Of a stretch of 64,000 nucleotides of DNA, positions 27,527 through 36,398 are shown piece after piece. A program made the position numbers and the translations under genes. The DNA is from Candidatus Daviesbacteria bacterium (GTDB lineage: Bacteria > Patescibacteriota > Microgenomatia > Daviesbacterales > UBA10151), in assembly GCA_016432425.1 (NCBI GenBank), contig CP066688.1, positions 212,368-276,367 on the forward strand, given 5' to 3'. Position 1 is the first letter of the stretch; each line of letters begins with the position of its first letter. The notes beneath the pieces are model-generated. The model saw nothing but the letters and a program-made list of their open reading frames with translations, was not told the DNA's origin and searched no databases.

Positions 27527-28834
27527 TCATTTAATAAACAGTCGCAGCAGGGTTTTAGTAACCACTATTGCGGTAAACATTGACACTAACACTCCAATTG
27601 CCAAAGTAATGGCAAAACCCCTCACAATTGAGGTGCCAAAATAATATAAAATCACCGCGGTCATCAAAGAAGAAGTATTAGAAGCCCAAATTGAACTCCA
27701 GGCTCTAGTAAAACCTAACTCCAAAGCCACAGTTTTGCTTTTTCCCCAACGCAACTCTTCTTTCATTCTCTCAAAAATTAAAATATTAGCATCCACTGCC
27801 ATCCCGATAGACAAAATAAACCCGGCAATTCCCGCCAAGGTAAGGGTAATAGGCGGCAAAATAAACCCTCCTGTTTTAAAGATAGCAAAAACTATCAAGG
27901 TATACAAAAGTAAGCTCAAGTCTGCCAAGATTCCCCACCAACCATAGAAGGCTATCATATAGAGAGTTACTATCCCCAATCCAATGGTTCCTGCAATTAA
28001 ACTTTTATTTAAAGAAGACTCTCCTAGACTGGGACCAATATGCAGAGAAGAGATAATTTTAACCGGTACCGGCAAAGCTCCGGCATTAAGTTGAGTGGCA
28101 ATTGTTTTGGCTTGTTCCGTCGTAAACTGACCGGTAATAACAGCATTACCGTCAGTAATTTCTTGTTTGACAGTAGGAGCCTCAATTGGTTGTCCGTCTA
28201 AAAATATCGGCAAGGGTTTGCCAATATTTCGTCTGGTAATTTCGGCAAATTTCCTTGCTCCCTCAGCGCTAAATTCCAGGGAAACTTGCGGTCCGGACTG
28301 ACCGGCAGAGGTACCAAAAGTAACACTGGCCCGCTTTAAATCAGCTCCGGTTAAACCAGTTGGTTTAGCCTGCAAAATGGCTGCCAACAAAGCTGAACTT
28401 GAAGCTTCCGGAGAAGTATCGGGAGGTATTTCTCGAAAATCTAACTGGGCAGTTTTCCCCACTAACTCTGCTGCAACAGAAGAATCTTTTACTCCCGGCA
28501 ACTCTACCAAAATTCGCTGCTGCTGCCCCAGCTTAGAAGTTTGTACCACCGCCTCAGAAACTCCAAACAAATTAACTCTTCGCTCAATAATTTCTTTGGC
28601 TGATATTAAGGCATTATCCCGCTCATTAGGGCTGATCTTATCCATTTGAGCCTGCAAAACCAGTTGGGTGCCGCCTTGCAAATCTAACCCCAACTTCAAG
28701 GGAAATTTCTGGGCAATCGTTTTTGCTAAAGGTAAGTTAGTAAGAAATCTTTCCGGCAAAACAGTGGGTAAATCCACCACCAAAGAGATTGCCAAAAGCA
28801 ACAAAATAATCCAAGGAGTAATCCTTCTCATCAT
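27527..28834 (-). CDS. secD: Protein translocase subunit SecD
   Basis: LGLDLQGG, RRVN, GALP, GMAVDANILIFER. Confidence 0.96.
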   Translation of the reverse strand: MMRRITPWIILLLLAISLVVDLPTVLPERFLTNLPLAKTIAQKFPLKLGLDLQGGTQLVLQAQMDKISPNERDNALISAKEIIERRVNLFGVSEAVVQTSKLGQQQRILVELPGVKDSSVAAELVGKTAQLDFREIPPDTSPEASSSALLAAILQAKPTGLTGADLKRASVTFGTSAGQSGPQVSLEFSAEGARKFAEITRRNIGKPLPIFLDGQPIEAPTVKQEITDGNAVITGQFTTEQAKTIATQLNAGALPVPVKIISSLHIGPSLGESSLNKSLIAGTIGLGIVTLYMIAFYGWWGILADLSLLLYTLIVFAIFKTGGFILPPITLTLAGIAGFILSIGMAVDANILIFERMKEELRWGKSKTVALELGFTRAWSSIWASNTSSLMTAVILYYFGTSIVRGFAITLAIGVLVSMFTAIVVTKTLLRLFIK

Positions 28835-28861
28835 TAATTACTATACCGCAATTGCAAGGCC

Positions 28862-29446
28862 TTAAACCATTCCTTCGAGTAATTGGTTTTCATCACCAAT
28901 CAACATCACTTTGGGCTGAACCAAAACTCGTAAAATAAAAGGGTCACGGCGCCTCACTCTAAACTGAAACTCTTCTTCTGGCATGGGAGAATAATTAATT
29001 TCCGCCTCCCTCTTGGCTTGCTCATCTGATACCAAAGCCTGCAGTTCCGGCAAAACAATCTGCCCCACCACTAGAAGATCTACATCTTCACTTCCAGCTG
29101 GAACTCCTTTCAAAAAGCGAGTGGAGACTAAAGCATATTTAATCCTCCCCAGCTTAGCCCTGTTTTTTAAAATAGCGCCGCCCAAGCCCGTAGTTTTGGC
29201 CACCAAGGCAAGCAGTTCTGGATAAAAAACATAATCCGTTCTAAATTTATAGAGCCGACGGTTAGCCCGCCACTCTGATGAAACCAAACCGAACTTCTCC
29301 ATTCGGGAAAGTTCCCGCCTAACAGCATTAATCTCTTCATCAACCCGACGGACAATTTCTCGAACATGGAAAATTTTATCCTGAGAAGATAAAAAAAGTT
29401 GCAGTATTTTTACCCGGACTCGGGAAACAAATAGTTCCTCTAACAT
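28862..29446 (-). CDS. Winged-helix regulator with nucleotidyltransferase-like C-terminus
   Basis: SRVRVKIL...HVREIVRRVDEEINAVRREL; DVDLLVVG. Confidence 0.8.
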   Translation of the reverse strand: MLEELFVSRVRVKILQLFLSSQDKIFHVREIVRRVDEEINAVRRELSRMEKFGLVSSEWRANRRLYKFRTDYVFYPELLALVAKTTGLGGAILKNRAKLGRIKYALVSTRFLKGVPAGSEDVDLLVVGQIVLPELQALVSDEQAKREAEINYSPMPEEEFQFRVRRRDPFILRVLVQPKVMLIGDENQLLEGMV

Positions 29447-29476
29447 CTTTCACCACCTCTCTGGGCAGCTTTTTTT

Positions 29477-30652
29477 CTAAAAACTAACTTTGGATCCCTC
29501 CGGGACAGTTTGGATCCAAATTTGTCCTCGATTTAAAGCAATTTCCAAACCTTTACTGTCCAAATATTTAGTTTTTGACAGGCGAGAAGCTTTACTCCAA
29601 GTTCCCTCAATGACCTTACCATCTTCAAAAATTAAAGCCTTCCCTTTACCGGTTGTTCCGTAAAGTAAATGGATATTCCCCGGGTAGCCATCATTGGCAT
29701 TTCTCTCCACCTCAAATTGAACAATCACTACCTTAGATTGTAGCTGCGCTTTGGTATTTAAATCCAGATGGGGAGAGCCATTTTTGCGCTGATAGCAATT
29801 ACAGTTTTTATCATAAGCCCAAGTTACTTGGTAATTTGGTTGGTTGCTCCAGAAATCAACCATAATACTGCTAATCTCTCCTGCGGCCTGATCATCTTTA
29901 AATTTCCATTTGGTGAAATTTTTATCCCAAGGCACTTTATCTTCATCTACATTAGTCCAACCCCGTTTGGCTCCTACTGCCCACAGTTTTTCGGTAGTGG
30001 AATACATGGTATGTTCAGTCGCCACCGGATGGCCCAACCGCTGATAATCACGCCAAAAAGTGGGGAAGCCAATACCAAATTGGTTTAAGTCTTTGACTCC
30101 ATATTTAATAATTTGGGACAGGGCATCAGCCGGGCCGGGAGTGTTGGCGCCTCCCACATGAGCATATAAGGCATCATATTCTCCCAACCAATCCAGATAA
30201 TAAGTTCTGGCTGATCTGACAGGCCCGACTTGAATATCACCTATATTGCAATAAAACATGGCCATAAACCTGGTAATGCCGCCTTCAGCCACTGCCTCGT
30301 AAACTACATCGGCTTTAGACAGTCCTGATTGGGGCCTAGCTTCACTATGGTTTTCAATCATCACTGCCAAGGGGCGTTTTTTCTCCCAAGCTTCTTTAGC
30401 TGGCTCAGTGTGCATATTACCGTTTAAAGGGCACTCTGCTGTGCGGGGCAAATTAGGGTCTTCGCCGCCATCTGAGGTCGGAGTAGGCAAAGGGGTAGTC
30501 AAAGGTAAAGATAGTCCTTTGCTTAAACCTTTGGTAAAAACAGAATAGGCGACAGAAGTAGACAGTCCATAGAGTATGGTCACCACAATGACGGAAACTA
30601 AAATTTTTTGTAAGCTAGTTAAATTTTCAAAAATATTGACAAGTTTATCCAT
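29477..30652 (-). CDS. DUF3048 (YerB-like) protein
   Basis: RPLAVMIENH, ARPQSGL, EGGITR, GPVRSAR. Confidence 0.9.
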   Translation of the reverse strand: MDKLVNIFENLTSLQKILVSVIVVTILYGLSTSVAYSVFTKGLSKGLSLPLTTPLPTPTSDGGEDPNLPRTAECPLNGNMHTEPAKEAWEKKRPLAVMIENHSEARPQSGLSKADVVYEAVAEGGITRFMAMFYCNIGDIQVGPVRSARTYYLDWLGEYDALYAHVGGANTPGPADALSQIIKYGVKDLNQFGIGFPTFWRDYQRLGHPVATEHTMYSTTEKLWAVGAKRGWTNVDEDKVPWDKNFTKWKFKDDQAAGEISSIMVDFWSNQPNYQVTWAYDKNCNCYQRKNGSPHLDLNTKAQLQSKVVIVQFEVERNANDGYPGNIHLLYGTTGKGKALIFEDGKVIEGTWSKASRLSKTKYLDSKGLEIALNRGQIWIQTVPEGSKVSF

Positions 30653-31130
30653 GTTTTAAAGCTTGTTTAACTACTGTTTTTTCCTCGCTTGACAGTTCAT
30701 ATTTACCGGATTTTCCTAAAATAACTGGTTTAGCAAAAACCCTCGTGCCAGAAACACTATGCAAACTGGTCACAACCAAACCATTTCCTCCCTCATCCAG
30801 CAAGGCCAGAGAAAAACTTAAATCTCCTCCGGTATTATCGTAGGGATTATAACGCAGCAAAGCAGTATTTTGCACATGCGTTAAACCATCCCGCTGCAAA
30901 TCCGCCAGTTTAACCCTCACTTCTTTTAAATCTTCCTTAAATTCTTCGACCGACTTAAGCACTTCCTCAAATTTTTTTCTAATATCCCGCTCGTTTGACT
31001 TAGGAAATAAATTTTGTAAAAATTTTTGATTCCTAAAACCTAAGTAACTTAAAATTCCCAGCCATAAAGTTGTCACTACTGTCAGAAAAACTACCCAAAA
31101 AGGGAGTATACTTCCCCAAACCGAATACAT
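30645..31130 (-). CDS. DUF4446 family protein
   Basis: TM + coiled coil + RYNPYDNTGGDLSFSLALLD...LSSEE. Confidence 0.85.
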   Translation of the reverse strand: MYSVWGSILPFWVVFLTVVTTLWLGILSYLGFRNQKFLQNLFPKSNERDIRKKFEEVLKSVEEFKEDLKEVRVKLADLQRDGLTHVQNTALLRYNPYDNTGGDLSFSLALLDEGGNGLVVTSLHSVSGTRVFAKPVILGKSGKYELSSEEKTVVKQALKHG

Positions 31131-31276
31131 AAGTTACTCTTTAACTATACCGATACTATAAAAAAATGTCAATGTACAGGGAATTATTTTTTAAAAATAT
31201 TTAATAGACTCATAGTTTTAGGTTCAACTGATGCTTGACAGGCATAAATAGCTATGTTAGGCTCATATGCGTAATC

Positions 31277-31552
31277 ATGCCTATTACTCAAACCCGCAAT
31301 CAAGATTTGGAAAAAAGGTTAGCTTTCTTACGTTCACAGCTTTATGGCAAAAAATCACCAAACCAACAAGTTAGCCTATCAGCAGTTCACCAGACCAACC
31401 GATCAACCGATACTTTGACGCACCGACCTACTGATTTAAGCTTCCTGCGCCAGGATCTTTTAAGAATTTTCCTCTTGGCCGGAGCAGCCTTTGCTTTTCA
31501 ATTCGGTCTCTATTTTGCCTTATTCAAAAATATCATTAAATTACCGTTATGA
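31277..31552 (+). CDS. Small hypothetical membrane protein
   Basis: Start at MPITQ because the track TTG at 31235 is the -35 box of TTGACA-17-TAGGCT; C-terminal TM. Confidence 0.7.
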   Translation: MPITQTRNQDLEKRLAFLRSQLYGKKSPNQQVSLSAVHQTNRSTDTLTHRPTDLSFLRQDLLRIFLLAGAAFAFQFGLYFALFKNIIKLPL

Positions 31553-31655
31553 TATTCGAGAGTAAGTACGACTGGGCAATTTTGCAGACTTACTAAATTA
31601 AAAACATTAATTATGACAAAATTGTCCAAAAATTGAAAGGGGGTGAATTTAATTT

Positions 31656-31802
31656 ATGGCACAAATGTATTGCGTTAAATGCCGCACCAAAAGAGATGCC
31701 AACAACACACAAGAGGTGACCTTAAAAAATGGCCGCAAAGCCACTAAAGGAACCTGTTCCGTTTGCGGTACCTCTATGTTTAGAATCGGTGGTGCTGCTT
31801 AA
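31656..31802 (+). CDS. DUF5679-like zinc-ribbon small protein (48 aa)
   Basis: MAQMYCVKCRTKR...LKNGRKATKGTCSVCGTSMFRIGGAA; SD GAAAGGGGGTGA; below ORF-track cutoff. Confidence 0.88.
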   Translation: MAQMYCVKCRTKRDANNTQEVTLKNGRKATKGTCSVCGTSMFRIGGAA

Positions 31803-31830
31803 ACTTTAAAATCCGTATATGGATTTTTCT

Positions 31831-31858
31831 AAAACCCCGTCTTTTTGGCGGGGTTTTT
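31831..31858. terminator. Bidirectional terminator between the DUF5679 gene and comM
   Basis: AAAACCCCG...CGGGGTTTT hairpin between convergent genes. Confidence 0.8.
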
Positions 31859-31860
31859 AG

Positions 31861-33396
31861 TTAAACTTCTTCTCTGGAGCGATACTGCAAAGCTTCCGCC
31901 ACATGTTCCCCTAAAATATTTTTTTCTTCTGCCAAATCCGCAATTGTCCGGGACAATTTTAAGACCCGATGGTAACTACGGGCTGATAAATTTAAGGAAG
32001 ATATGGCGATTTTTAAAAGGTTCATTCCTTCTTCTGTAATCTGACAAAACTTCTTAATTTCTGCACTGCCCATCTCCGAATTAGTTAAAACTCCACTGTC
32101 AAATCTGCTTTGTTGAATTTTTCTGGCCTTCTCCACTCTTTTTCTTATTTGCACTGAGCTTTCCGGAATTTGATCATCCACTAATTTTTCCATTTCTACT
32201 GCCGGCACTTCTAAATGGATATCAATTCGATCCAGGAGTGGTCCAGATAATTTCTTTTGGTAACGGGAAACTTGACCAGGCAAACAAGAGCAGTTTTTCT
32301 TGCGGTCTCCCAAAAACCCACACGGGCAAGGATTGCAAGCTCCCACCAAAATAAACTTGGCCGGAAAAGTTAAACTACCGGAAGCCCGGGAAATAGTAAT
32401 CAGATTATCTTCCAGGGGCTGGCGGAGCGCCTCTAATACTTGGCGGGGGAATTCCGGCAGTTCATCCAAAAAAAGTACCCCCCGATGGGCCAGCGAAATT
32501 TCTCCTGGTTTAATATTATTTCCTCCGCCAATTAAACCAATGTGTGAGGCGCTATGATGAGGAGCACGAAAAGGGCGCTCTTTCACCAGAGACCGGTTGC
32601 CGGACAAATAACCAGAAATAGAATAAATTTTGGTAATCTCAATTGCCTCTGCCAAAGTTAAGGACGGCAAAATTGAAGGAAAGGCCCGGGCCAGCATAGT
32701 TTTACCTGCTCCCGGTGGACCTTTTAATAAAACATTGTGGCCTCCGGCGGCTGCGATTTCCAAGGCCCGTTTAGCCAGTTGTTGACCTTTAATTTGAGAA
32801 AAATCATATTCATATACCCGATCTTCATTTAAGCTAATTGTCTGAAGTGGCAGCGGCTCACCAGTGGTTTGCCCCAATAATACTTTTAGTAAATCTACCA
32901 AATTTTCAAAAGAAAACACTTTTAAATCTTGCATTACTCCGGCCTCTAAACCATTATCTTTGGGGACAATCATACTTTCTAACCCCAAGTCTTTGGCCAA
33001 AACAGCCAGAGGTAAAATACCATGGGTTTTGCGCAGAGCCCCATCCAGGGCCAACTCTCCTACTACTAAAGTTTTTTCTAAATTTATGCCAGCTTCCAAA
33101 TGAGAGGGTATCTGCCCGCTGGAAAGTAAAATTCCTAAAGCAATGGGTAAATCATAAGCAGGCCCTTCTTTGGGTAAATCAGCCGGAGCTAAATTAACAG
33201 TAATTCTCCGGGGAGGAAAATCTACCCCACAATTTCGCAGAGCCGCCCGAACTCTTTCTTTGCTTTCCTCGACTGCCCGGTCTGCCAACCCCACAATAGT
33301 AAAAGAGGGTAAACCCTGGTTGGCAATATCCACCTCAACTGTGACCAACACTCCATCCAATCCCACATTGGCCCCGGATAAAATTTTTGCCAGCAT
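31861..33396 (-). CDS. comM: YifB/ComM Mg-chelatase-like AAA+ ATPase
   Basis: VNLAPADLPKEG, GPPGAGKT, RPFRAPHH, PGEISLAHRGVLFLDE. Confidence 0.95.
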   Translation of the reverse strand: MLAKILSGANVGLDGVLVTVEVDIANQGLPSFTIVGLADRAVEESKERVRAALRNCGVDFPPRRITVNLAPADLPKEGPAYDLPIALGILLSSGQIPSHLEAGINLEKTLVVGELALDGALRKTHGILPLAVLAKDLGLESMIVPKDNGLEAGVMQDLKVFSFENLVDLLKVLLGQTTGEPLPLQTISLNEDRVYEYDFSQIKGQQLAKRALEIAAAGGHNVLLKGPPGAGKTMLARAFPSILPSLTLAEAIEITKIYSISGYLSGNRSLVKERPFRAPHHSASHIGLIGGGNNIKPGEISLAHRGVLFLDELPEFPRQVLEALRQPLEDNLITISRASGSLTFPAKFILVGACNPCPCGFLGDRKKNCSCLPGQVSRYQKKLSGPLLDRIDIHLEVPAVEMEKLVDDQIPESSVQIRKRVEKARKIQQSRFDSGVLTNSEMGSAEIKKFCQITEEGMNLLKIAISSLNLSARSYHRVLKLSRTIADLAEEKNILGEHVAEALQYRSREEV

Positions 33397-33409
33397 CAAT
33401 TTAAGTATA

Positions 33410-33841
33410 TCAGTGAGCTACCATCTCTTGCCATTTTTTTATAACGTTTTGCAAATACCAATCATAAGCTTCTCCTGAAGTACTACAAACCTCTTTTAAA
33501 TCATCAAATACTTCAAATTCAAAATAGGGTGGTAAATAGGGTAACCCGTGTGATCTGCGCAGATCATCCAGATCAGCTGGATCTAAAACTAAAACTCCGC
33601 CTACCTCGTAATGGGAACCGTCTGGCTGCCAAAATTTTGCCGGTCCCTCTTGCGTACCGGGAAAATAAAAAACTACCCCCTCGCCCACAAGTGTAGCAGT
33701 AGCTGTAGTAAAGAATGGTCTTCGATGAAAACTACCGCTAGTAATTCTATTACTGACCACCAAACGAGGTGGTTTGTACCACTTTTGCATCTCCATCACC
33801 CAAGTATTAAGAGGATATTTGCTAATTAAATTTTCCGGCAT
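33410..33841 (-). CDS. Hypothetical protein
   Basis: 143-aa ORF filling the intergenic space; no recognised motif. Confidence 0.6.
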   Translation of the reverse strand: MPENLISKYPLNTWVMEMQKWYKPPRLVVSNRITSGSFHRRPFFTTATATLVGEGVVFYFPGTQEGPAKFWQPDGSHYEVGGVLVLDPADLDDLRRSHGLPYLPPYFEFEVFDDLKEVCSTSGEAYDWYLQNVIKKWQEMVAH

Positions 33842-33926
33842 AATTTAGGAAATTTATATTACAAAATTAACTACCTTGTAAATAAGCAATTTGAATTAAA
33901 AAGTTAGTTTTTGTATAATATATGGG

Positions 33927-34220
33927 CCTAGGAAGCAGGACGATTAGTCCGACGAGCGCAAGCGATATCGGACAGGAAAGTCCAGACAGCATAGAGCAGG
34001 GTGTCCGGTGTAAACCGGCCAGCCGTAAGGCAGAGTTAGAGCAACAGTGACGAACCGAGGTCAAGCTCGGGTGAAACGGGCAATCCTCCCCGCTGCAATC
34101 CTAGAACCGATTAAGCTGCTCGCTTAACAATCGAAATCAGGAGCATTAGACAAATTATCGTCGGTAGTTTAGTTACCAGAGCTAAATTACTAACAGAATC
34201 TGGCTTACTAACTTCCTAGG
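33927..34220 (+). ncRNA. rnpB: RNase P RNA (compact, ~294 nt)
   Basis: AGGAAAGTCCAG and ACAGAATCTGGCTTA P4 signatures; CCTAGGAAG/CTTCCTAGG P1 helix; TATAAT 7 nt upstream. Confidence 0.93.
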
Positions 34221-34336
34221 CAGAATCTGGCTTATGATTCGACGTAGTTGAATCTCAAGGTTCTCACGAAGCGAGGTTCTTTAGAGCGAAGCTCGCAAGG
34301 TTCTCACGAAGTGAGGTTCTTACTAACTTCCCAGGC
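34221..34336 (+). repeat. Second copy of the rnpB 3' end, interrupted by a hairpin-repeat insert
   Basis: CAGAATCTGGCTTA ... CTTACTAACTTCCCAGGC around two copies of CAAGGTTCTCACGAAG(C/T)GAGGTTCTT (34256-34281, 34296-34321). Confidence 0.85.
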
Positions 34337-34343
34337 AAATTTT

Positions 34344-35315
34344 TTAAGGTTTTTCTTTTTCTAATAGCATCTCTGAAACAATTATCTGCAGTACTACTGT
34401 CAAAGGTACTGCCAATAAAGCTCCTACAATTCCCAACAGCCTACTCCCTACCGCAATGGCTAAAATAACTACCAAAGGGTTTAACCCTACTGCCCGACCC
34501 ATCACCTGAGGCACAATTAAATGATTTTCTAACTGTTGAATAACAAAATACATCACTGCCACTCCCAAAGCTAAGATGGGAGAGATGGTAAAGGCCAGGA
34601 GAATTCCAGGAATAGCTGCTACAATCGGTCCGATCACCGGAACTATTTCCAATATCCCGGCCACAATTGCCAGTGTCAGGGCATAAGGAATATTTAGTAA
34701 AAAAAGTCCGATGTAGACTAAAACCCCAATAATCAAACTTAAAAACAGTTGCCCTCTCACCCAAGCCCCCAATCTTTCTTCTATTTTAATAGTGAGATTT
34801 TGAATTTGGTGTTGGCGATGTAAAAATAAGGCAGCTGTCCGTTTTTCCAGATTTTCTCTCTCTAATAAAAGATAAAAGGTTAAAACTAATAAAAATAAAA
34901 TGGTAATAATATTATCAAAAACTACCAGAGTAAACGATAATAAATTTTTGGATAAATCTGCTACTTGGGATTGCAAAAAGGTTTGATCGATATTATTAAT
35001 GTTAAAATATTGCACCAAGAGGGTGGGAAAGGTGTCAATTAATTTGTTGCTTTGTTCCACCAGGAGCGGTAAAAACCCCAGCAGGATACCGCCAAAGGCG
35101 GCTATTATAATAATGTAGGTTATCAGTATGCCAAGTGCTTTGGGAAACTTAAGTTTAGTAAAAAAACTAACTACCGGAGCTAAAGCTGACATTAAAATGA
35201 CTGCAATAAACAGCAAAATTAGCAAATCCCTGATTAAATAAACAATCCAAAGTCCCAGTAAAAATACTGTAATAAAAATAATAGTTTTGTGGGAAATATC
35301 AATTTTTCTTGGCAT
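34344..35315 (-). CDS. AI-2E family transporter
   Basis: WVRGQL, EIVPVIGP, QQLENHLIVP, GALLAVP. Confidence 0.93.
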   Translation of the reverse strand: MPRKIDISHKTIIFITVFLLGLWIVYLIRDLLILLFIAVILMSALAPVVSFFTKLKFPKALGILITYIIIIAAFGGILLGFLPLLVEQSNKLIDTFPTLLVQYFNINNIDQTFLQSQVADLSKNLLSFTLVVFDNIITILFLLVLTFYLLLERENLEKRTAALFLHRQHQIQNLTIKIEERLGAWVRGQLFLSLIIGVLVYIGLFLLNIPYALTLAIVAGILEIVPVIGPIVAAIPGILLAFTISPILALGVAVMYFVIQQLENHLIVPQVMGRAVGLNPLVVILAIAVGSRLLGIVGALLAVPLTVVLQIIVSEMLLEKEKP

Positions 35316-35316
35316 A

Positions 35317-36312
35317 TTACTTTATCTCACTATAATACCATTTAGCCAGCATTTTTTCTATTTTTTCTTCAAAATTACTTTCAGTCATATCAAACCATTT
35401 AATCTGCGGATCTTTTTTTAACCAGGTTAACTGCTTCCTAATAAATCCATGAATTTTACTTTGAAGTATGTTGATGAAACCAACTGGCCCTTCCAAAGTT
35501 TTAATCTTTCCCTGTAAGTAATCGGCCAAAACCGCATATTCTAATCCCAACGCTTTCATTCTTTTAAAAGTGAGGCCTTTTTGATGTAATTTTTCCGCCT
35601 CTTTGATCATTCCCTGATTAATCCTTATTAGAACCCGCCTGTCAGCATTTTGATACAAAATTTCCCGGGGAGCGATAAGACCAATTTTTAAAATATCTTT
35701 GGTTTTTTTAAGTCCCCTCCATCTTTTCTTTTTATCCCTGTATAAGTTCATCTGTAAAAGTTCGATGGCTCGAACTAGCCGGCGAGAATTTTGCTGATCT
35801 GATTCATTTAATTCTTGCCATTTTTGGGGGGATAATTTTTTAAGTTCTTGTTGCAACTCCCCCAAGGAAAAACTAGCCAATTTCTTTCGTAAATTTAGAT
35901 CAAGAGGTTGCGACAAATTTTCTAAACCATCCACTAAAGCTTTAATATAAAAATAAGTTCCCCCTACTATAATGGGCAATTTATTTCTGCTTATTAAATC
36001 TATCAAATATTTTTGAGCGTCTTGAATATAATTTGCTACTGAATATTGTTTTCTTGGATCAATTAAATCATAAGCCCAAATTTTAATGCCATTAATTTCC
36101 CAAAACCCATTTCCTTTTCTAATTTTTACTTGATTAGATTTTGTCGGTAATTTACCGGTCCCAATGTCTAACCTTTTATAAACTTGACGGGAGTCGCCGC
36201 TTATTATTTCCCCCTGAAATTTTTTCGCCAGCTTTAAGGCTATATCAGTTTTACCTGTAGCCGTTGGCCCCATTATCACCAATAGTTTGTTGTTTTTGAA
36301 CTTTTTGGACAT
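35317..36312 (-). CDS. miaA: tRNA dimethylallyltransferase
   Basis: GPTATGKT, DSRQVY, DIGTGK, VGGT, KQLTW. Confidence 0.96.
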   Translation of the reverse strand: MSKKFKNNKLLVIMGPTATGKTDIALKLAKKFQGEIISGDSRQVYKRLDIGTGKLPTKSNQVKIRKGNGFWEINGIKIWAYDLIDPRKQYSVANYIQDAQKYLIDLISRNKLPIIVGGTYFYIKALVDGLENLSQPLDLNLRKKLASFSLGELQQELKKLSPQKWQELNESDQQNSRRLVRAIELLQMNLYRDKKKRWRGLKKTKDILKIGLIAPREILYQNADRRVLIRINQGMIKEAEKLHQKGLTFKRMKALGLEYAVLADYLQGKIKTLEGPVGFINILQSKIHGFIRKQLTWLKKDPQIKWFDMTESNFEEKIEKMLAKWYYSEIK

Positions 36313-36398
36313 ATCCTCCCACTTTTAATATACTAATTCTACCCTTTGGCCAATAAACGGGCAAACTATGCTTACCAAAAAGTTCAGGAGTATCTTAC

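Noticed and set aside
33867-34064. 65-aa minus-strand ORF
   Set aside because: Overlaps the RNase P RNA gene antisense; spurious.
34256-34321. Two 26-nt repeats as a mini CRISPR array
   Set aside because: Only two units, a 14-nt self-complementary spacer, and no cas genes in the window.
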